Below, piece after piece: positions 53,872-64,000 of a stretch of DNA of 64,000 nt (the first letter of the stretch is position 1; each line of letters opens with the position of its first letter). This DNA is from Camelus ferus (taxonomy: Eukaryota). The stretch covers positions 22,506,001 through 22,570,000 of the forward strand of contig NC_045708.1 in assembly GCF_009834535.1 (NCBI RefSeq), read 5' to 3'. Below the pieces are notes generated by a model, which had not been told where the DNA came from, ran no database searches, and was given only the letters and a program-made list of their open reading frames with translations. The position numbers and the translations under genes are program-made.

Positions 53872-53882
53872 AAATTAAACTT
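53774..53882 (+). mobile_element. Short L1 3'-terminal fragment with a (GAAA)n tail
   Basis: AACTAACACAACATTGTAAATCAACTATATTCAAT; flanks aaagaaatataaga / aaaaaaatataaga form a TSD; (GAAA)n at ~53840-53872. Confidence 0.7.
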
Positions 53883-55591
53883 AAAAAAATATAAGAAATG
53901 CGGCTTCTTCCAGTCTCACTCTTGAGATATGCTCATTGTGAACAGTTTGGTGTGCATCCTGCCAGATTTTCCTCTGTGTGTGTGGCTGCTGAAAAGCGTA
54001 TTGGTTAAGAGCCTAGTCTCTTGAGGCAGGTAGAATGGGGTTCGACTTGCCACTCCACAGACTTATTTGTTATGAGGCCTCAGACAAATTGTTTTGCCCC
54101 ATTTTAGCCTCTGTTTTTGCATCTGTAAAATGGGGCTATTAATAGTACTTACCTCATAGGATTATTATGAGAATTACATGAAGTCATGCAAATAAAGGCT
54201 TAGAACAGAGCCTGGCTTAAAAGAATCCCCTATATATACATCTTTAAATGCAAATAGGCTTATACTCTACATTCTGTTCTGTAACTTGCTTGCCATGTTA
54301 TGTCTGGGACCTATTTCCACATCAATGCATGGAGATCTACCTCATCTTCAATGGTTTTAGCTAAATGTCGTTAACTTGGTTTAATGGGTAATGGTGGTGA
54401 TTTTGAGATGCTGTTTCCTGGCAAGTATTGCTGTTTTGCGTTGTCAGTGTTGTCGGGAGTCACAGACATTACAGATCAGCAAGTTGAAGACAGGCCTGAA
54501 TGCCTCCTGTGAAAATGGACTGGCCCGGGAGAGGGGGACCCACCTCTGTCACAGAGGGCAGGGCCAAGTGCACAGGGACCTCTCTGTCAACTCACCTCTG
54601 TGTTCCCAGCTCTAGGTCAGAGCCTGACACATAAGGCAGAGCCATTAAATTTTGGTCGATAGGTTGGCTAAGTAAGAAAACTGTGCCTCCTCCAATTCAC
54701 CAGTAGAGGCCTAAGCCCAAAGCTTGTGTTGCAGTACATTTTCCCAAACATGGCCCGCGCACCATTGATGCAGGTGAGTGATTTTAGGGGGGTAATGAAT
54801 GAACATTTACAAATGTGAATGTATGTATTATAGTATGTGTTTATTTTAATATATACTGATTTCTATTTATGGCTGGTGGTAACTGGTTTTCCATTTTTGG
54901 TAGTTTCCATTTGAGGTAAATATATTAAAGGTGAAAAAGTGGTCTGTGGAAGTGCCAAAAATCAGAAAGGAAATTGAAAATGCTTCGGGCTGGGGTAATG
55001 AAATGCCCATGCTAGCCTCAAATAACTATCTTCTCATTTTTCAGGCCTTACTCTGTACCAAGCACCATTTAAAGTACTTTATTATATAAGATCATCTAGA
55101 TATCACGTATAATGCTTACAGTAATCCTAGATGCAGGTCCTTTTTTTGAAGATAAAGGAACTGAGGGAGGCTCAGAAAGGTGTAATAACCTGCCCAAAGG
55201 CCCTCTGCCAGTGAGTGACTAAGAGGCCTTGGGAATGAACTTGGGTCACTGTGACATGGACATGGTGACCTGAAAACTCCCTGCCCTGCAGACTCTCAGA
55301 AACTTTAATAAAGTGGTCTGGATTGCCAAACTAGTCCTGATAAAACCCCCTTGATGCAAAATACATACAGAGGTACATGAGGAAGGGGACCCAATAAAAG
55401 GAATTACTAGGGATGTACAAGTTCCTAGTTGGAGGATCCTTTACCAAAAATATCATCTTTAGAATGATTGTTCTACAGTCCTTGTTTATGGCAATAATTA
55501 TCTATTAGAATCAGGTCTAGGTCCAAGCTGCTCCCAGCTTGTGAGAATAAAGCCATCTTGTTTGCATGCAAGGGAAGGCTTATCTTTCTGT

Positions 55592-55795
55592 TTTGTTTTT
55601 GTTTTTTGTTTTTTAAATATTCTTTTTCATTTTTAAAATTTTTAAAAAATTATTTATTTATTTATTTATTTCAGGGAGGAGGTAATTAGGTTCATCTATT
55701 TATTTAGTTTTTTGATGGAGGTACTGGGGATTGAACCCAGGACCTCATGTATGCTAAGCATGGGCTCTACCACTTGAGCTATACCCTCCCCCCCC
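55592..55795 (-). mobile_element. tRNA-derived SINE
   Basis: Same family, reverse orientation, long T-rich tail. Confidence 0.85.
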
Positions 55796-55996
55796 GTTTT
55801 GTTTTTGTGAACTCTGTGAACTCACGGGGTTCATTCAAAGGTGGTATTATATCAAAGAGGGAAAACATGAAAAAGGACACATCCTTGTTTTACCCACAAG
55901 AAATTATTTACCATGCCTGTCAACCCTGATTATTGAGTACCATGATGAGGGCTGTGTGGGCATCCACAGTCCAGTCTCTTCATTGAACATACGCAG

Positions 55997-56121
55997 TTTT
56001 TTTTTGGTCAGGGAGGTGATTCAGTTTACTTATTTATTTATTTAATGGAGGTACTAGGGGTTGAGCCTAGGACCTGGTGCATGCTAAGTGCGCACTCTAC
56101 CACTGAGCTATACCCTCCCCC
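55997..56121 (-). mobile_element. tRNA-derived SINE
   Basis: Same family; degenerate TSD tgaacatacgcagttt / tgaaaatatgcaattt. Confidence 0.85.
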
Positions 56122-56261
56122 TGAAAATATGCAATTTTGCCAATAACCAAATCTTGGCCAAAGGAAAAAAACCAAGAAAATATTTTAAATTATTCCTGAC
56201 AGATTTTGCCACAAGGTGGCCCAGAGTACAACAGTGGTCTGCAGTGGAATAGCCTGCCTGC

Positions 56262-56620
56262 TTTTTTTTTAATTTAGTTTCTTTTTTTTTGCAATTCTTT
56301 TGCTTGTTTGTTTGTTTGTTGTTATTGTTTTAGGGGAGGTAATTAGGTTTATTTATTAAGTTATTAGGTTTATTTCTTTTTTTCATTATTTAGAGAATAC
56401 TTTATTAGTTTCTGTAATCAAACCTATGTAGGTAAGAACTTATATATTCAATACAGTGTGTTACCCCTATACAAACGCAAAAAATTATGTTTAATGCTTC
56501 TAGACCAATATGGCTGTTAATTTCTGTACAATGCCAACAAGTAATTACGTTTATTTCTTAGTGGAGGTACTGGGGATTGAACCCAGGACCTCACACTCTA
56601 CCACTGAGATATACCTTCCC
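56262..56620 (-). mobile_element. tRNA-derived SINE interrupted by a ~160-bp retrocopied mRNA 3' end (56379-56538)
   Basis: SINE head at ~56560-56620, tail at 56262-56378; insert flanked by a 19-bp near-identical direct repeat. Confidence 0.75.
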
Positions 56621-57272
56621 TACCTTGCCTACTTTTAACATAAAGCATTAGCCAGAGAAAACCAGGCAAGAAGCTGGCACACATTTTGGACAGAATGTTT
56701 AACAAATGAATAGGTTTACAGTTTAGAGGAGGAAAAGTGTTGGATATTTTTTTTTAAGGGGACAAAACACCTTCTAGGCCCAGCCAGGCAAGATCATGTC
56801 TATGGAATCAATAAAAGTGAACAAGTTGGCAAGAATAGAACTCACTGAGATATGATTCCTAAACAACCCTGGGATCAGAAAATCTAGTCCAGAAGCTTCA
56901 TGCAGCCTGGAAATTTTGATCAATTCTACAGCATGAGCAGGACCACTATGTGTGTTGGGCACTGTGCTAATGGACAAGAAGGGGTAGGAACTGAAATCTA
57001 GTCCTCATTCCACTCTCTGTTTGAAACCACAGGGAAGTGGCCCTTTATAACCGGTACAAAGTGCTCTGTGGACCATGGACAGACCTTGAGTTTGACAGAA
57101 AACATTACAGACCCTGGTCAGAGGAGATCTGGAACCTACAAAATTCCTTCTATTGACCTTGAATTCCTGAGCTGGGAGAGAATGTCCTGTTTCATTCACC
57201 CCAGAATCTGCCCTTGTTGCTGGTCTTAAGAGCCCTGGGGATTCTCTGGATCTGTTCCCCCTTCCTCCCATC

Positions 57273-57305
57273 CTTTCTTCCTTCCTTCCTTCGTTCCTTC
57301 CTTCT
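57273..57305. repeat. (CTTC)n microsatellite
   Basis: ctttcttccttccttccttcgttccttccttc. Confidence 0.85.
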
Positions 57306-58514
57306 GATGAGAAATTTATATTAAGCTTTAATTTTGATTTTCTTTTTGCTGACCTCATTTTTTAACTTGGTTTGATCATTTTGGCTACCCAGCAATCTTT
57401 GTCAAACTAAGACTAAGATGGGACCCACATTTTGTATAAATAAATACATGCATATAAGACAACACAATTATATAGGGACAGGCACAAATTATACATACCC
57501 TGTTCTGTTATACATCCATCTGCACACACAGACTCTTACACACCCATGGGCGTGAACACATAAGCACAATGCTCGCTGATTCATAGACCTCCATATGCAC
57601 GGACACTTGTATTCACCAGTCCAGTAAATGTATACTCACAAACACACATTCTAGGTAGAGGGAGAACTGTTTTAGAGAAAAAGGCCTTTCTTAACCGCAC
57701 AATGATCAAACCTCCTTCCTGGTCTATTTTTCTCCATGAACTCTCAGGATTCCCTACCCTCTTTAGACTTTCCAGGAAGTGAACAATAGAGGAGAGTACC
57801 TTGATAAAGGAGGTAGAAGCCTGGTTTGAGTTTCACCTCTGCCAAGGCCCCTCATGTGCTATGGGGAAAATCACTCAACTTCTCTGATCCAACAGTTTCT
57901 CTATTTTTAAAGCGAGGCTGGTGAATTACACTAGTGCTTCTAAACTCTTCCCTCCAGAGACTCCTTCGCCTTTCCCTTGTTGAACTTCCTCCCCTCCCAC
58001 CATGGGTCTCATGATTTTGAAGTTTTTGCTTATTAAACTACCTCACATAGGTACTAATTTTCTTGTTTTCTAGTTCACATTTTAATCAGAGACTTAACTA
58101 AGTATGCATTGAAGAAACAGTAATCCAAGTTGTCAAACTAAGGAACAAATCATAGTACCATTTCCCTTCAGATTTTTAAAATATTGAAATAAACTGCAGG
58201 CCTTCAACATTATCCTGGGGCCTCATAGGAGCATGTAGCTCCCAGTGGCTGGAAGCCACTCACCAAAATAACCTCTGGGGTCCTGGGGTCTTCTGATTGC
58301 TGCCCGGCCCTATACTCTAAAGCTCACACTTTTGGGAGGGGGCAGGGCCTTCTATCTGCAGCTGGAAGACTCTAGGAGCACAAAACAAGTCACAGAGGAA
58401 ACACTAGGGGTCACATACCCAGCAGAGTTACCAAGTTCTTTTCAGATTAATTTAACACAGCTTGACTTTTTCTCACTCCTGGTCCCTGTCTCCCCCCACA
58501 CCCCTGCCCGGGTG

Positions 58515-58770
58515 TGGGGAGGTAATTAGATTTATTTATTTATTCTTGGATGAGGTACTGGGGATTGAACCCAAGACCTCATGCATGCAAGCATGTGCTC
58601 TACCACTTCGAGCTATACCTTCCCCCTTGAATTATTATTTTTTTTAGAGTCCACATATAAGTGATAGCATATACTAATTTATCTTTCTCTGTCCAGCTTA
58701 TTTCACTTAGTATGATAATTTCTAGGTCCATCCATGTTGCTGCAAATGGCAATATTTCATTCTTTTTTAT
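58515..58770 (-). mobile_element. tRNA-derived SINE (58515-58626) next to an L1 3'-end fragment (~58640-58770)
   Basis: SINE head motif; then TTTCACTTAGTATGAT..TCTAGGTCCATCCATGTTGCTGCAAATGGCA, typical of L1 3' UTR in reverse. Confidence 0.75.
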
Positions 58771-61039
58771 CTGGCCCCAGTCTTTAAGGACATCAGATTC
58801 CTTCTGGGAGGCCCAGATTCATGCAGGATATAGGTCCTGCCTGTATGCTCTCCCGGACCCTGACCCAAGGCCTTGTGGCTCCTTTTTCCTTCCCATGTGA
58901 CCCTACTGTGGACTAGGAACCAGCTTCCAACCCTATGATCTTCAGCCTAGATTCCTACTGCCCCTTCTACCGGCCTCTCCTTACTGCTGCACCCCTGTCC
59001 ATCCTCTTTTCTCACCTCGAAACTTTTCTCATCTTTCTCTTAGTCTTTTCCAAAGCCTCCAAGAATGTCAAGCCTAGAAGGGACCTTACTGATCTAAGCT
59101 GACATCTCATCCCATGTTGGTGTTCTCTGTGTAATATAACCAACCTGTGGTTTTCCAAGGCCTATTTGAGTATCACAAACAACAGAATGCTCATGGCCTT
59201 ATCAGACAGCTTAGCTCATCTTAGGCTAGTTCCAGGTTGTTATTAGTTTTTTTCTGGAGGCTTCTGCTGCTAATCAGTTCCTGGCCATAGTAAAATTAGC
59301 AATCAAAAAAATCAATAGCCATATGCAGCCACAGATGGGTGGGACTCTGGCTGAACAGGATTTCTCAAATGTGTCCCCGCGATGCTCCAGGATTTCTAAC
59401 AGTAGAAGGAGAGTAAATGGATACCCTTTTCCTTGAAAGGCTCTTGATTTGGCTTAAAATTCCTTGTACATTTTGTATTTTTCTCTATTTGTAATAGATC
59501 TATGTTTGTTTAACTCTGTGACTAAGTTTTGGGAAGGTGCATGCTTTGGGAAGGTGCACACCCGTGACTTCCAGTACCCATGAAAGGTTGTAAGTATCTC
59601 AGTTTAAGAAACATGAGTTTAAAGCAAAGAGGATTATGGACCAGTCCCATTCTCCCACCTTCCAAAGGAAGGGTTGGTAGGGCAGACTGGGCAGTGATGG
59701 AAGACTTTCTAAGCTCAAAACTAAGCTAAAATTTATCTAAGCTTCTGAGAAAAGGGTGATGGTCCCCAACTGACAGAGAAGGTAAAGTGAGGCTTGGGTA
59801 GAATGATTTCAGCAAAGTGACACAATAAATATCAGAACCAGAATTTGAACATAGATCTCTCTGATTCTGGGGCCTGTGCTTGAATCTTCTTCTTCTTCTT
59901 TTTTAATTGAAATATAATTGACATATTTCTTTAAAAGTTGCTAACCAAAAAACCACCACTGCTCCCCACTTCCACTTGGTCCCAGCATGGATTAACAACT
60001 CTAGCTTTGTTCGGCCCCAAATTGTGTGAATTTAAGCAGGCCTTTTCTGCCCTGGCCCCGGTTTGCTCATCTAAAATCAGAGGTTAGACTTGGTGGTTTC
60101 TAAGACATTTTGCAGGTGGAGAATCTGTGCTTTAACCCTCTGCATACTAGTCAACAATTATTAACAAGAATAGTTCTGGGTGCTGGGACATTTAGGAAAA
60201 TAAAACACAGCTTCTGCTCTTGATGAATCCCCCATCTCATTAAGGGGGTAGGAGATGCAGTGGGACTGACACATCAGTTAGTCTAATCATGGCACTCAGT
60301 GTCTAAGTTGATGATCGTGGGCTGAGTGGAACATTGTAAGAGCAAAGAGCACTGGGAAGCCTTCATCGGACAGGTGATATTTGAGCTGAGCCTTGAGTTC
60401 AACAGGTGGACAAAAGTATTCCAGGGCAGGGGAACCACATGCAAAGGAATGCTGTAAGGAAAGTGTGAAGTTTTGAGAAGTAGCTCAGAACACAGGCTGT
60501 GTGAATGTGTGGGTAGGGATGCTTGTTTGTCTGTCTGTGTGTGTGTAACAGAATAGACAGAGGAGGTGGATTTGATATTGATATGAAAGGATCTTGAATG
60601 CATGGTAAATTAAACTTTATCTGAGGACTAGTGCTTTCCAAGCAGTTCTGAGGAGCAGCCCCGGGAAGGAGGTGCTGCAGGGACTCCTAGGAGCTTCAGG
60701 CAGAACAGCTCCACTTTTACCTGCTTCATCTATGGGGTTCTGCTTGATTTCATCTGACAAAAAGTTTCCACTGCTCAAGCAAGCAAACAAATAAAAAAGA
60801 TATGACCAATAGGGCTGCTGAAGGGTTTTCTGCTGGGAAGCAGCAGAAAGAAGCTTCTGAAGGAGACTCTGTGTGTGGGAGACTGGGGGAGCAGAGGCCC
60901 GATGGCTGACATTCAGGAGCAGGAGTCTTATTTACCTTCCTTGGCTGGAGAGGGGAATTATAGTTAGGAGGTGAGGCGCACACACCCTTCTGGTAGGGGA
61001 GGATCAAAACTTAGGTCTCCCCTAGGGCTTGGCGAAGTG

Positions 61040-61374
61040 TATGTGATCTCTAGTAGGTAGTCCCCCAACTTGGGGGATGGGCAGAGAGAGAGGGAGGGGG
61101 GAGAGGCAGGAAGTGGGCTTCTAGACTAACAAAGGTGCCTGTGGCGGTTTGCCCAGCCCAGGTGGGAGGGCGGGGCCTAGGGCTCAAAGAGGGGCCATGT
61201 GTGACTTTACTGGGAGCTAGGACCACATTTCAGATTTCTGTGGCTGGTGATTGTGGGCTGGGGGCCTGGCCACCTCAGGCACTTGCGGAAATTCCCAGGG
61301 CTAGGCCCTAGCATGTCTGATGTTGGGGAAGTAGCTCTTGGGGAGTCCTTTCAGCCCCCTCTCCACTCTCCCAG
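61040..61374 (+). promoter_or_regulatory. LCK: LCK proximal (thymocyte) promoter
   Basis: Purine-rich stretch, ETS CAGGAAGT 61107-61114, TCF/LEF AACAAAG 61128-61134, TGTGGCGGTTTG at 61140 and a GC box, directly upstream of the first coding exon. Confidence 0.75.
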
Positions 61375-61379
61375 GGACC

Positions 61380-63949
<2,570 letters not shown>

Positions 63950-64000
63950 TAAAGATTAACCTCCAGGGGCGACAAGAGGGTATTTGAAGAGGGTGTGTCA

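Overview
Mammalian gene-dense window with the same gene order as human 1p35. The species is probably a camelid, inferred from the tRNA-derived SINE family that recurs throughout. Genes in order: TXLNA (+, 3' nine coding exons), CCDC28B (+), IQCC (+), DCDC2B (+), TMEM234 (-), EIF3I (+), an MTMR9-like gene (-), FAM167B (+) and the 5' part of LCK (+, distal and proximal promoters, SH4/SH3/SH2 and the start of the kinase domain). Exon-intron structures were traced by hand from splice sites and reading phase. Two N gaps hide most of one EIF3I exon and one LCK exon. Main observations: (1) a fully intact 10-exon, 543-aa MTMR9-like pseudophosphatase gene at the position of the human pseudogene MTMR9LP, apparently lacking the MTMR9 C-terminal coiled coil; (2) an IQCC last exon with two mutually compensating frameshifts and a single in-frame TGA, leaving two overlapping open frames; (3) a degenerate ~30-nt tandem array just upstream of the LCK distal promoter; (4) a solo LTR with perfect TSD upstream of FAM167B; (5) a retrocopied mRNA 3' end inserted in a SINE tail; (6) two U12-type introns; (7) back-to-back polyA signals and a 119-bp ATG-to-ATG bidirectional promoter. 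All comparisons to human proteins are from memory and need a real alignment.
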